A stretch of DNA of 64,000 bases from Hyphochytrium catenoides (lineage: Eukaryota > Protista > Hyphochytriomycota), in contig FLMG01003436.1 of assembly GCA_900088475.1 (NCBI GenBank), positions 84,539 through 148,538 on the forward strand. Direction: 5' to 3'. Positions 41,601-54,244 of the stretch are shown here, piece by piece. Position 1 is the stretch's first letter. The number at the start of each line of letters is the position of its first letter. Position numbers and translations under genes: made by a program. The notes under the pieces were generated by a model. It was not told where the DNA came from and made no database searches. It was given only the letters and a program-made list of their open reading frames with translations.

Positions 41601-42826
41601 ACGCTGCTATTGCTCGATAACGCTACGTTCCCGCTGGGCCTTCACTGTAGATACGACTCCTCATTGCTATAGACTTCTTGTACCCTAGGTTCCGCGCAAG
41701 TGGCCTGCTGGCCATCACCGAAAGTTATATCTCTGTGGCACTCAACCTATGTCTCTGTTCATAGGTTACAGCTTCACTCAGGGCCTTTCGGAGGAGAAGT
41801 TCAAATCCTATCAGCTCCATCTATCTCGTATCATGCAGTTCTCGGCTCCTAGAATAGGAGAGAAGCTAGGACTGGAAGTCCTATGTCCTTTCAAAGAACC
41901 GGAGATGATTGATCTAGCGCTAGCGCTCGAGAAAGAGCACCTAGTAGGAAAGCGCTTCCCCATCGATGACGGTACTTGCTCATCCCTGTCTGAATGCTAC
42001 TTTCCATTTCCATCCCTGACCTGGTAACCAGTACTCCTGGTTTCGCTGTGGTGACATACGCTTTTAAGTGTCTCCTGAGTTTTCAAAGGAGCTACAGACT
42101 GCACTTATGTTCCCGGCTTCAAGAACGTGCCCTTCGCTCACTGTTATGTGTCTCTCGCTTTTTTTTCTGCTTTTCCAGGAAGGACTCATGGCAAGCTCAT
42201 TCTTCGCTTAGCATTCCCTGAAGCCTCTTCTCAATGGAGAGGGAAGGATCCCATGGAAGTTGGAGCGGGGACCACTGAATTGAGGAATGGTTACTTCGAG
42301 AACTGGATGGAAGAGCGGGAGTTCAAAGAAAGGCAACGAGAGATCATGAAAGAGCAGTCTGTCTACATGCGAGATAAAGAACACCTCTTCTTCTTCCAGG
42401 AGTTTTTAAAAACCTTTGGCGCACTTGATAAGGTAAGAAGGGCCAAGAGTGATGAGAAAGAACAAGCAGGGGCAGAAAGGAGCAATGTTAGGCTTGAAGA
42501 AACTGTCAATGACAGCTCGAATGAGAGAAGGGGCCGGATGAGAAGGTGAAGAGAGGAAGACGAGAGGAATAATGATGTCCGTGCCCAGTCGCTGTTCTCA
42601 CGCTAGGCGTACTCAGGTGCCACGTGGTAGAACTGGCCAAGATCCCTGTCCTGGCTGTGGTTTCGACTTATCCTCTCCGGAACAGGACTTCTGCACCCTC
42701 TGTGGACATTATCCTGCTAAAGTAACTGAAAAGAGCAGTGAATATGCCCGAGAGCAGTTCAGAACCTTTCTCGAGGAAAAGCAAGTGCTCCTTGAAGAAG
42801 TAGGAGAGGGAAAAGTCACGCTCTAG
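38681..42826 (+). CDS. Fusion protein: N-terminal CblC/MMACHC (cobalamin-processing) domain + asparagine-synthase C-terminal (PP-loop) domain + C4 Zn ribbon; about 11 exons
   Basis: CblC motifs: GLDIVAPLSLSWYN, LIGNSRAIWDPF, DPVNCYV, IAIQRMAHIAGIAFLD, LCIHPEYGPWVSLRAAVV, WQLWIAAR, YCDNQILYHY. These join in frame across intron 40529-40848 to LLLSGGLDTSIV, FDPMELRNS, FTGDAADELFG|GY, GKLILRLAF, WRGKDPMEVGAG and CPGC...CTLC. Confidence 0.85.
39120..39385. repeat. CT-rich / (CT)n and (CTAT)n microsatellite tract inside an intron of the CblC fusion gene
   Basis: ctctctctct, tcttcttctt and tatctatc/ctatctatct runs. Confidence 0.8.
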
Positions 42827-42937
42827 TCTCCGCTGGCTCTTCTCTTGCTTTTTGTAAGGGTAGAGATGACCGATCGGAGACATCAGGAGCGCTCAGACAG
42901 AGGGGGCGAAGGAAAGAAGATCGCGGAGACTTGTCCT

Positions 42938-44630
42938 TTAAAGCAGGACGTGTGAATGCTTCTTCCAAAACTCGTCACCGATCAGATCTACGTGAAGGAC
43001 CTCCAGCGTGGTCTTAGGTTTCTTCTTTTTCTTCAGCTTCTTAGCTGGTCGGTTGGCGGATGGGCTTTGTTCTTTCTCTGAAATGGTATGCATGTTGATT
43101 TCATCTTCGACTCCTTTGGTGGCCACCCCATCAATGAGTGTGCTTTCCTTGTTCTCTTGCTCCGTCTCCTCTTTGTCTTCCTCCTCCAGTTCCTCTTCTA
43201 TGAGCCTAATAGGAATTGACCCCTTCCGGTCAACCTCTGGCATGAAGTTGTAGTTCATCGCAAACCGAGAGAAAAGGAGCTCGTGCTTTTCTTTCGAGAC
43301 CGTCGTCCGAAGCTGAGCCTCCGCCTCTTTGGGAGAAAGATGGCCTGTAGAGCAGGACAGAGTCTTAGGCTTGTTCCTCAGGAAGTAGTTTATAGACCTT
43401 TAATATCAGGAGCATGGATCAACATGAGAAGAGACAGCGGGCAACGTGCTGACCTCAGGGGTAGAGAGTGAGCGGAAAGAACATAAAGCGGACGGGGCAG
43501 AGTGCAGAAGTGATGCAGTTTCCTGGAAGGGCGTATAGTAACCGGAGCGGAAGAGCTCATTCTGTAAGAGAGACTGGAGAAGAGCGATGCGATGGTTATG
43601 CAGATGGCAGCTAGCCTTACCCATTGTTACTAGCGCCCAAAAGCAAGTATTATAGAGGTTGTTGATGTGGCAGTCCGCTTGCCTCCAGCTGAAATAGTCT
43701 CTAACGCACTTAACGGCAATGTGAAAACGCAAACCTTGTGAGACCAAAGGTATGGCCTTTCTTCTGGCCCCCATTCACACTTTCCCGGCCCCATTCACAC
43801 TTTCCCGCTCGCACGGTAGAAGTATTGCCGGTGCCTCTCTAGTCGCTCGTCTTTTATGGATGTTTCTTTCTTCATTGCTCCCTTTACTTACTCTCTGTCT
43901 TCCATGTTCGGCATGCTCTATCTAAAATCCTTTAGCTGGAGACATACCTTCTCATTGGGATAGCAGACGACTCTTCCATCAAAGCTCGGTGGGTACATCA
44001 GGGCGGTCTCAGGGAAGAAAGATCCCCAGTAGTAGACGTACCAGGAAGTGAAGATGGAGACGAATGTAGAACATATCTTGGAGGCGCGGCGGTTGTACAG
44101 AGTCGAGCCCTTTCGCAGTAGGAAGCTGTACTCGTCGCTCTGTCCGTAAGCCATCATCACGTCTGTGAATTCTAACATAACCCCCAAGGCCGCCTAGGTA
44201 TAGGGAGCAGAAGCATGAGGAGCGCTTTTGGTCAAAGAAGGCTCTAGGCTGAGTTGAAGGATAACAGGTCCAACGGGTGTGGAGTGAGCAATAGAGTTAG
44301 AGTACCACTTCATCAGTAGGGGAACATTGCTGTGGCGCTTGCGCTATTAACGTAAGCAGCAGGAAGAGTAATCATTGTATCTGGTTGACCTTGTTCATAA
44401 GCTTTATGGCACGAGGATCATTAGGTTTTGCGAAGGAATGTGCTTCAGAGAACCTAGTACGACGAAGAGAGGTCTAACGTTAACGCGCTAGTCAAGAGAA
44501 TCAAGGGGTCTATGACATGGTCCTACTTATGGAAGCCCCGACCATCCAGCCTGACAACAAGCCAAGTGTCCGGTAGGAGTGAGTCATCTTGTTCAAACTT
44601 TCTCACGTATTGGAACCGGGAGTTTGCCAT
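42938..44630 (-). CDS. THG1: tRNA(His) guanylyltransferase
   Basis: [93 protein letters not shown]. Confidence 0.96.
43766..43808. repeat. 21-bp tandem duplication in a THG1 intron
   Basis: gcccc(c)attcacactttcccg occurs twice in tandem. Confidence 0.85.
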
Positions 44631-45384
44631 GTTTACTCAGCACTAGAAGCACAAAGCACCAGAGCTAAGTGACTCTAGCTGCTTCTGTTTAGGCCTTTGG
44701 GGAAAGCTGCCAATCTCGCTATACCCACTTGCGCTCCCTCTCTTAAGGTACTTGTCCTAGGACTGAGGATAGGAAGCCCTGCTTCCTGTCAAGTAGACGA
44801 TTTGATGGCAAGACTGGTGGGATAGAACTACCATTGATTGTCGGCATTCTGAAGATTTCTCGATGTGAAGGAGACAGGGATGGAGACGCAGATTCTGATG
44901 GAGTCTGCAGCAACCTGTCAGGTCGCTATTTTCGGCACGATACATCCAACAGTCCTGTACTGTATACATTGTTAACTTCGGTTATTCGGAGTCAAATGAG
45001 GTTCCGAATATAGGGTGAAGTTAAGCTTTTATTAGGTACATGAATGGCTTCATTCTAGATGTGTAGCGCTTGCCCTTTCTAAACTCGAGATGAAGCGTCC
45101 AGCTGCAGATGAGACTGCAGATTCCCAGATAGGCAGTGAAAGGCCTTTATTAGAAGAGCCAAGGTGCACCATGACACAGCCAACAGACATCAGAATCTCG
45201 CTTGCCTGACTCATAAGAACTCCATAAACTTTGGATCCGCACACTCCATCCTAAGAGGGCTTGTCTGTCAAACGCCTTTACCATTGGCTGAAGTCATCAG
45301 TGTCACATTGGCTGGCTTCAGACTTTGCAGCCCAGGAATTGCAGCGTGCTGCGTTTACATAGTAGTAGGTGGTGGGTAGGGTAG

Positions 45385-46875
45385 ATGGGTGGAAATGCGA
45401 CGGTACTCCTAGCGCTACTGCTGCTCTTTCACGTTGCAGCTACTGCTTCGCGGGAGGACCCTTCACACCAGCGTCACTCCAAGAACTGGGCAGTCCTGGT
45501 ACTACTATAGTTGACTGTGTGCCCGTCGGCATCCGATTCTCATTCTTGCTTGCAGCTTTGTACGTCGAGGTTCTGGTTCAACTATCGGCATGTAGCCAAC
45601 ACTCTGTCCATGTATCGCTCTATCAAGCGGTTAGGAGTTCCTGACAGTCAGGTATGGGTNNNNNNNNNNNNNNNNNNNNNNNNNNNNNNNNNCTCACATC
45701 TCACTCGACGTTAGCTACGGGGAAGACATCGAGGTAGACTATAGAGGCCCAGAGGTAACCGTGGAAAACTTTATCCGCGTGTTGACAGGTAACACTGTGT
45801 GGTATCCGGCGAAGGGAAGGACTTTGAAGTTAATTCTTTGTCTTTTAGGAAGACATGAAGATGGAACTCCAGCTTCCAAGAGACTAAACTCTGACTCAGA
45901 AAGCAATGTCTACGTAAGTCACCTAACTTCCAGGAATCTGAGATAGCAGGACTGATCAGTGACATGGCAGATCTTCATGACAGGGCATAGCGGCAATGGC
46001 TTTATGAAGTTTCAGGTAAAGTCGTCGGTGCTTTACGGAGGGATGTGACGGTATTGACATCTGGCGATCGGACCAACAGGACACGGAGGAAATATCCAGC
46101 CAGGATATAGCTAACGCTATACAAGAGATGTATGTGAAGGAAAGGTAAGTAACTATTGGGTCTAGCCTGCTTTCCAGCTCGTCTGCCGCCCTTCTTAGTG
46201 GGTAATGATACCTAGGTACAAGGAGCTATTTTTCATGGTGGACACATGCCAAGCGGGAACCCTCTCAAACTCCCTCTACTCCCCTAATGTCGTCACTGTT
46301 GGGAGCTCGAAGGAGGGAGAGAATTCATACTCGCATCATGGAGACTATGGGGTAAAGTGTTTCTTAAAGCTACACTCTTTGTGACCTGCTAACAACCGGT
46401 TTTCACGTGAACTCAGGTTGGTGTATCAGTGATTGATCGCTTCACCTCAGCAACATTAGACTTCTTTGAAAAGATGCAAATAGGATCCAAGAGTTCCCAG
46501 GCGACACTACAGGAACTATTCTCCCATTACAATCCTCGGACCTTGCTTTCCACTCCGGATATAAGGGCTGATCTCTTCCAGAGACCGCTAAATGAGGTGA
46601 AGGTGACTGACTTCTTTGGAGCAGTCCTCGACGTGAAACCTACCAATGCCTCCTACCCATTGGAGGTGCCTGCCATTGACCACACGTCGTTTGCTGCCAC
46701 GAACCCCAAAAGTGGCAGCCAGAAGATTGTAGACCAAGAAGTGGCTCCAGAGCTGTGCTCGAAGAGCAAGAGGCTGAGTCACTTCAACGTAAGCGAACCC
46801 AAGTTCCAGTTGGGGCTGGCGGTGCTTGTGGGGATCATTGTGCTTTTGATGAAGGCAGAGGTTACAGAAGTATGA
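45385..46875 (+). CDS. PIGK: GPI-anchor transamidase catalytic subunit (GPI8/PIG-K, legumain family); interrupted by N-gap
   Basis: Signal peptide; NWAVL|[35 protein letters not shown], catalytic MTGHSG and VDTCQA, ENSYSH, VIDRFT; C-terminal transmembrane helix. Confidence 0.95.
45660..45692. other. Assembly gap (N run)
   Basis: Run of n characters. Confidence 0.99.
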
Positions 46876-47325
46876 CCGATGAGTTCACTCATATAGTTAT
46901 CTATGGAGGATCAACAACGTGATTCTTTTTACAGTAAGTTTTACCGGACTAAGATTCGGTTAGTCTGCTAAATTCCGTAAATGTCGAGTCTCTATTATCG
47001 TGCAGATTGAGTTAAGGAGGAGGAGCAAAGTTTGACGATGCAGAATCTTCATCATCAGAACAGAGACGTCTGGTAGCTCTGCATCCCAAAAGCTTCTGAC
47101 CAAGCATTGCCACGCTGATATCATCAACAGCTACTTCTGGCCGATAAAGTCATTATGACCCAAGTGCTGGCAGTGCTCTTACTGAATAGCGGGTGTTAAG
47201 GAGATGAAGAGGAGAAGTTGGAGGCCCTCTCCTGCTGTATCCGGTCACTTGAGCCTGTTAAGGACCTTTTTATTTATAGAAACTGTTCAGTCTCAGTTCT
47301 ATAAGGCAAGCTAGCGGTTCCAGAT

Positions 47326-48957
47326 ATGTCGCTGGGTGGGTTTGGCATGGGCTTGGTCTCGGCAAGCGCCGGCCCTGTGTCTAATCGAGTTGTCCTGAAC
47401 AATGACCTTGTTAAATCGTATAAGATGGCACAGGTTTTCAAAGGCTCAGAGGTGAGCTACCAAAATCATCTTTATCACCGTAAATGCTTGCGAATTGAGA
47501 GACCACGAAGGATGCTTGCATCACATCTGTAGACTTCCATAAGCTTGGAGAGTTCTGCGTGGCTGCTTCCTCTGAAGGTTCAATCTCGCTGTATAACAGC
47601 CTTCAGGGCAGGTCGGTTGATACCCTTATCTTCATATACAGTCTCCTACCCTGAGCTCATGGTGTCCCTTAGATGCGTCAAGACTGTCCTGAGTAAGACT
47701 TACGGCTGTGAGATTATCAAGTACACGCATCATGCCGATAGCATTATCTATTCCTCTAACAACGAAGCTAAAGACCGTAAGTCCACAGAACTATTTCCCC
47801 CCTAGAGCGCAGTGCCTCATATTCATGTCTATTTCCAGATCGGATACGGTATCATTCACTCTATGACAACGTCTACCTCAGACACTTTGAGGGCCATACA
47901 GACAGGTCTTTGGTACCTTTCTCGCTCCGCTCTTTCAAAATCTCTTTGTCGTCTACTTGTCCCAATTCAACTGTGCCTTTTTCAATAGGGTCGTGTCAAT
48001 GGTGATGTCACCGACTGAGGACCTCTTTTTGAGCGCATCCTTGGACAAAAGTGTTCGCTTCTGGGATGTAAGAACGCCTACTTCAGTGGTAAGAAAGGTT
48101 TAGCATGACCCTACGACTTTGCACTTCAGCTGTCTGACCCTTCGCCGGTGGTCGCTTTAGGCCATCGTTAGAACCCCTGGAAGGCCATGTGTGGGCTATG
48201 ACCCCAGCGGTCTCGCGTTCGCTGCAGCCACTGGAGACAATGTCATTCGATTATATGACGCCCGACAATATCAGGCGGTGCGGAAAACGGTGTCCTCGAG
48301 CACTTGCGATCACTTTGACCAATATTTTTTTCCCCTTAGGGCCCATTCGTGACGTTCAACCTAGAACCTAAGGCTATAGCAGCTACACTTCAACAACGAA
48401 AGCCCGATGCGGTAAAGGTTGCGTCCGACTGGCTGACTCTTTCCATAACCTTTAGTGCGGACGGTGCCCACATGATTGTAGGGACGGACAGGGGCCTCGC
48501 TCTTCAGCTAGACTCCTTCAATGGAAATTTAGTGTCTGCCTACGTGGGACACCAAAATGCTAGTGGAATGGACTTACCTTTCTCTTACAGTCCAGACGCC
48601 AAATATGTGGTTGCGGGTAAACGAGAATGTTTCCTAATCTACCCAGTCCGGACTCATCACTTTCTTTGGACCACCATTGCCTACCTGCCATTCCTTTCCT
48701 TCCTTCATCATCGTTGGCGACCTAGTGGTGTCCTCTCTAATGCATCTGCTGCACTACTAGGCTCAACCGACAACAAGATCTATGCGTGGTCTGCAGTCAA
48801 AGGGGAACTTTTGGGGACATGGGAAGGGCATGTAAGTCCGGTGAGAGCGCTACAGTGGAACCCGATGTACAATGTTGTCGCGAGCGGAGCCAACACATTT
48901 GCCTTCTGGCAGCCAGACCAGAGACCACGAGATAATAAGGCTGTTAGTATCAAATAA
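47326..48957 (+). CDS. WDR82: WD40 protein WDR82/Swd2 (COMPASS/PNUTS-PP1 subunit)
   Basis: ITSVDFH, SKTYGCEIIKYTH, IRYHSLYDNVYLRHFEGH, FLSASLDKSVRFWDVR, YDPSGLAFAAA, IRLYDARQY|GPF, SYSPDAKYVVAG, LQWNP. Confidence 0.9.
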
Positions 48958-49350
48958 AAAGATGATTTAGCATAGAGATCATTCTGTCTGAGTTCTGAGC
49001 TTGAGATTTGGCCTAAATGTCTTTGGGCATCCATAGCCTGAGGAGGAGTATATCCACTCTTTGGTCGTGAGCACACCTCGGACCACAGATAAAACTGCCC
49101 GATTCCAACATAGATCAGCCGCTTCTATGGTGGCGCCCCAAGAGCATCGTCCCTCAGTCCTCGGTAAAGAGTGGATGCTAAGCCTCACCTTGCCCGTGAA
49201 CTACACGGCTACTTGCATCTGCGCTTACCCCTTCCGCCCCCTTTTCACTCCACCCAAAAGTACTTCCATGAGGATCGGTATGGATACGATATATAGAGAA
49301 GCAGATTTTATTTTTGCCGCTAGATTGACAGCCACCTCAATGGAAGGCAG

Positions 49351-50186
49351 TTAGAACATACGGAACTGCTTTCTGACGTTGATGGGCTTCTTGCTGGAAG
49401 CCTCCTCAACGTCGAGAACGTTGAACCTAACGGTCTTGGAGAGAGGTCTGCACTGACCGATGGTGACGACATCACCTTCCTTGACACGGAAAGCTGGGGA
49501 GCAGTGAGCAGCAACGTTCTTGTGGCGCTTCTCAAAACGCTTGTACTTGTTGATGAAGTGAAGGTAGTCTCTTCTGACAATGATGGTTCTCTTCATCTTG
49601 TTAGAAAGAACAATGCCCTTCAGGATACGCCCACGGATGGAAACATCGCCAGTGAAAGGGCACTTCTTGTCGACGTAGGTGCCCTAACCATAAAGAGCAT
49701 TATTTAAATATGCAAAGAGAGGGAGGAGAAAGCATCAAAACAGCTTAGCTCTTTATCTAAAGTCTTCCATATCTATGCCGGTGTACAGCGGGTTTACCTT
49801 GACTGCAGCGACTGGGGTCTTGAATCCAAGACCCACATTCTTTACCCAGCGGCCAGCCTTCTTCTTAGCCTTCAGGGCATGCTTCTTGCTCCTGATGAGG
49901 TGGTTGAGGGCCTGCTTCTGGAAGGCCTTCTCGGTCTGTAGATCAATTGATGTGTACACGGATCTTTGTTAGCATGTGATTACAGCCTTGGTGAGCCGCC
50001 ACCTCACCAACTAGCTAGCACAAGTATTTTGAAGACATAGGTTCTCGGCGTCTCATGCTATGATGAGATCTATGGGCGAGCATAGAGCGAGAACACAGGG
50101 AACAATGCCCTGATTGGAAAGAATGCGAAGAGCCTCGCGAGTAAGAAACGGATTTACACCTGATCGAGTGCAGCGTGTGCGTCCAT
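49351..50186 (-). CDS. RPS11: 40S ribosomal protein S11 (uS17), 3 exons
   Basis: MDAHAALDQ|TEKAFQKQ...[13 protein letters not shown]..|[21 protein letters not shown]...[26 protein letters not shown]...[13 protein letters not shown]. Confidence 0.97.
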
Positions 50187-51881
50187 CTTGCTGCTTTCCC
50201 GGAGTTTGAATAGATGAACGGTAGGTACAAACGAGAAGGAAGGATAAAACGCTCGGTTAGTTAACAGCTCTGTGTTTCGTGGCCTTTACGACGGACAGCA
50301 CTAACGATCAGCGAGATTCTAGCTCTCAACCTCCTGAACAGGTCTTTCTCTTCAAATAGATCTATCGAACACTGCTTTCCATCCCCATTACCTGTCAATC
50401 TGCAGGAGCTTCGTGAATACTCCGGATGCGGCTGGAAGACAAGTGACGAAGATTATTGCGGTTCTTGATGATGCCGCTCTCCTCCTCCCAGCCACCAATA
50501 AACACCTAAATCATGAACACCACAGCAGGAGCAATTCAAGGACTATTTTCCCCTAGCCCTCAGCGGAGCCAAGTTCTCAAGGGTCCTCTACGTCGGGGGA
50601 AAACCCGCCGGGAGTGGTACAGGTTATCCGCTGAGATGGTCAAGGTCAGGGAGGCTGCCTAAGGTATGGGGTTGATGTACAGACATCGGGTCAATGAATG
50701 GTGTTTACCTAACACCGCTATATTGTTACTGGAAAAGAACTTTACATAGATACGAGAGAAGTTTGATACAATGTAGTTCCACAAAGCATCAGTCGTTATT
50801 TAGCGGACTCATATGCATGAATATGATTACTGGTTTAGCACTGATTATCAGGAATAACTACTAGACATAGGATCTAGTTATCTATTTTGCACCCTGTCGA
50901 GCCATTGAGTGCAATTATCCATCGCCATCACCACCGCCGCGGCACCCGCGGAAAGAGCTGCGAAACATGGATTAGGACGGTGCATTCAACGCGATCTCAA
51001 GACAAAGAGGAACCAAGCAACATGATACAGAAGCAATCCCAGACTTCTACAGCGACTGGTCTTCGGGATTCGCTGTATTTTGTTTGTGGTTGGCTTGGAG
51101 TTGCGCTAGCTTTGTGGCCACCGTCCACTATTTTTACATACTTTCCGGTAACCGGATGCAATACTCCTCAAAGTTGAGCTCCTCTATCCTCCTCGTTCAT
51201 CATCTACTTCGATGTATTTGCTGAATGTGATAAAGGAGCTCGTTCTTCTTGCTCGCCTGCAGTGAGTTGACCTTGTGTCTGGTTCACTATCTCCCTGAAG
51301 GACATGTAGAGTACAAAGTTGACGGGGTGGTTGTCTTGTCCGGTTGGCATTGCGGTAATCTGTGTGCCTTGTACTGTTTGGTTGCTCTCTGCAGGCTTGT
51401 GTGCCCTGCTATACCCTTCCCAGCTGTGCTATGAGCTTGGCTGTGGCGTGTGGCTACTAGTTCCTACTATCTGTTCTTTCAGGAATTGTATTTCCCTTTG
51501 AGATCTGTGAGAGCACTCAGACGGTAAAGGCTCATAGTACCTCTGACTGAGCTAGATGTCTTCGTGAATAGAAGTTCTCATTCACTTCCGGAAGTTGCTT
51601 AAAGAAGCGAGGATGGTTCAGGGGCGCTTATCTAGAAGTGAAGCTGCAAGCTTGATATTCTGAGCCAGCCCTCCTCCAAAGGGTTGCTCTTGCGCCTATT
51701 GCGGCTCAGAGTCACCCACTTAAGGACTTTCTCTTCAGCGTTAGATAACCAGCAGTGTGATGGGAAGGGCATCGCGCCAGACCCTATAAGCTGCGAGTCT
51801 AGATCCTCTCATCGACGCACGAACTCTAGGTCCAGCATAACTTGCAAAGCACCATCTATATTTACTCCTCAGTCCTAGCCC

Positions 51882-53149
51882 TCAACCAAAGTAGAGCCTC
51901 AGTATGACTCTAGCAATATTTATCCCAAAGCCGAGAAATGGCAGTACGAGGGATCCTAGCAGTGTAAGGCCAATGAAGACGATTGGATATAAAAATAGTT
52001 CCGTCTTGTGAAGAAAGGGCAGCACTGTTACAGAGAGAACAACCTTAGCCGACTCATGGGTGCAGTGTAAGACAGCAGCAGCGCTCTTACCCATGTACCC
52101 AAGGAAGGTGATATAGAAGTACAAACCAAAGCTGACGGCATATAATATGTTGGCAAGGAAGAGGCTGACGATGCCGTCTGGAATGAGGATCGGTGCCAGG
52201 ATATACTGCGCCAATGATAGTTTAAAGCGGGCCTGCAAGTTGACAACTGTTGGAATTTAGGCTCTTACCTGCAATACATAGAGTCCCATAAACATCACAA
52301 GGAAAGAGTTGCAATGTATGTCGAAGGCATACTGCCACTCTACGGATTGGTCAACGAAGAAAGGGTCTCTTGGTCCCGTGCTGTCGTACAAGAGGTCATC
52401 ACGGTTCAAGGCAACGATCACTATCTGCACCGAACCAATCTCACCTAGTTATTTGGACTTGAAGATACTTGTTCGCTAAATACCTGTCTCCACACGGTCG
52501 GCAAAAATTCTGCACTCAGAGCTTGTCTGTGACTACATAGTCCGCAACGGGCTTACCTCCCTATTGTCGCCATCACGAGCCCACTAAGCAGCCAGTTTAC
52601 GATAACAAAATGAAACACGATGACCAGGAAGCCTGTAGCTGTTTGGACTCGAAAGCCAAGAGAGTAGGCAGCCGCAGCAACCTGATAGCAAGGATAAAAA
52701 GAGTCAGAGCGTTTTGAAAGCGTTATCACTAAAGATTGGTCGACAGAACCAAGAGAAAGAAGACTTGAATGACGGCAAACGCCGGGTCATCTCGAGCCCA
52801 TCGGTTCTTGGTCTCTGTAGTTACAAGAAGCTAGTTAGTTATCACCCTCGGGTTAGCAACTTGATGGTTCTTGCTTACGCTTTCTGAATTGAGCATTGCG
52901 GTATCTGTGAAGGGTAACAACAGACAGGCAGAGCAGATTGGCTGTGAGACCTTGAGGTGTATCGACGACCTAGTCACGCTTTACTCACACTTTAGTAGGG
53001 GACGTCAGTAGCGTGACAATCTGGTAGTACGTGACTTTGAAGTCCATTTGATTGAAGTCTAAGATCCGCTTGCAGTACTCTCCAAAGTTAGAGGAAGATA
53101 TGGAGTGATCTAGGACACCGAGGTGTCCTCGTTGATCTAGTGGCAACAT
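51882..53149 (-). CDS. UNC50: UNC-50/GMH1 Golgi membrane protein
   Basis: FNQMDF, TKNRWARDDPAFAVI, VEWQYAFDIHCNSF, FLANILY...YITFLGY, LPFLHKTELFLYP. Confidence 0.93.
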
Positions 53150-54244
53150 CCTGTCCAAGACTATAGCAGCCTGGCTGCAGGTTGAGACTCTCCTAGGTTA
53201 TTCCAGCGGTCCCGTTAACATGATATGATATACCAGGACTCAGAAAGTCTGAGGGCATTCACCTTTATATAGTCCAAGATACCTTGGTTTCTGTCCCTTT
53301 AGGTCAAGCGGACATTCCAGCCTTAGGGACTACTAGGGCCTTACCACTTCAAGCGGCGAAAGGAAGGTATATAATAGTGTGAAGACTAACTCAGGCGAAG
53401 GGTAAGCTTCTGTAAGGTGAGAGTGATCTCCTTGTCCAGCCTCCCCAGCTCAGCAAAGGTTCCGCTTCAATTAAAGGACCAGATGTTAAGTCTTAAGTCC
53501 TGTCGACAAGCTTAGGTACAGTTGTGCTTCCCTTGATGAGCGTCTTGCGCGAATTCTGCTACCTACTGGGCGGCTGAGTGAATCTGCTTTTTGCTGGCAT
53601 CTCACCACGAGGATTTGCCAAGCAGCGAATACGGGGATGCAGGTATGTCAACAGCGGAAGCGATAAGAACCTGTCAGCATCTCTCCCAGATTGTCCTGAG
53701 ACATCGGATGTCAATAGTTCTTGGACGCCGATGAGAAAGGAGCTAACGGATCGCAAGGAACTATTGGGAAAGGCGTTTTATGACGAAAAACCCATCATCC
53801 TTCTGTCTTTCCCTATGTCTTCTACATTCCCTTGTTAACATTAGACCTGTGGGGCCAAAAATGGTTATCGGACGCCATCAGTGGGCGATTATCGCCAGGA
53901 AACAATTGCCACAAATATAGTTATTGATTATTTCCAGCTCTCCTCCAGGGGCAGCAAGTGCTCAATGGCAGGTAGCTGACAGAGATTCTCAACCTCATTT
54001 ATGAAGCTTTCTTATTGCGTCCGGCCAAGAGACATTTGTCGGTCAGCAGCTCTCCTCATCAGGGGTGAACGGGTGTCTGGCTGAAAGGACTTCTTGGCAG
54101 AAGAAGTTGCATAGCAATCAGTGGAGCTCAAGGTGGAAGATTATTAGCGTCTCCATCTAACTAGTGCTTCAGCCTAGATCAGGGCAACACGCCACAAAGA
54201 GCACCCTAAAGTGAAGGCCTATTTATTGGTTGCAAGTCTCAAGG

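Noticed and set aside
50880-51510. Short ORFs between RPS11 and UNC50
   Set aside because: No homology cues and no consistent exon chain; stops occur in all frames examined.
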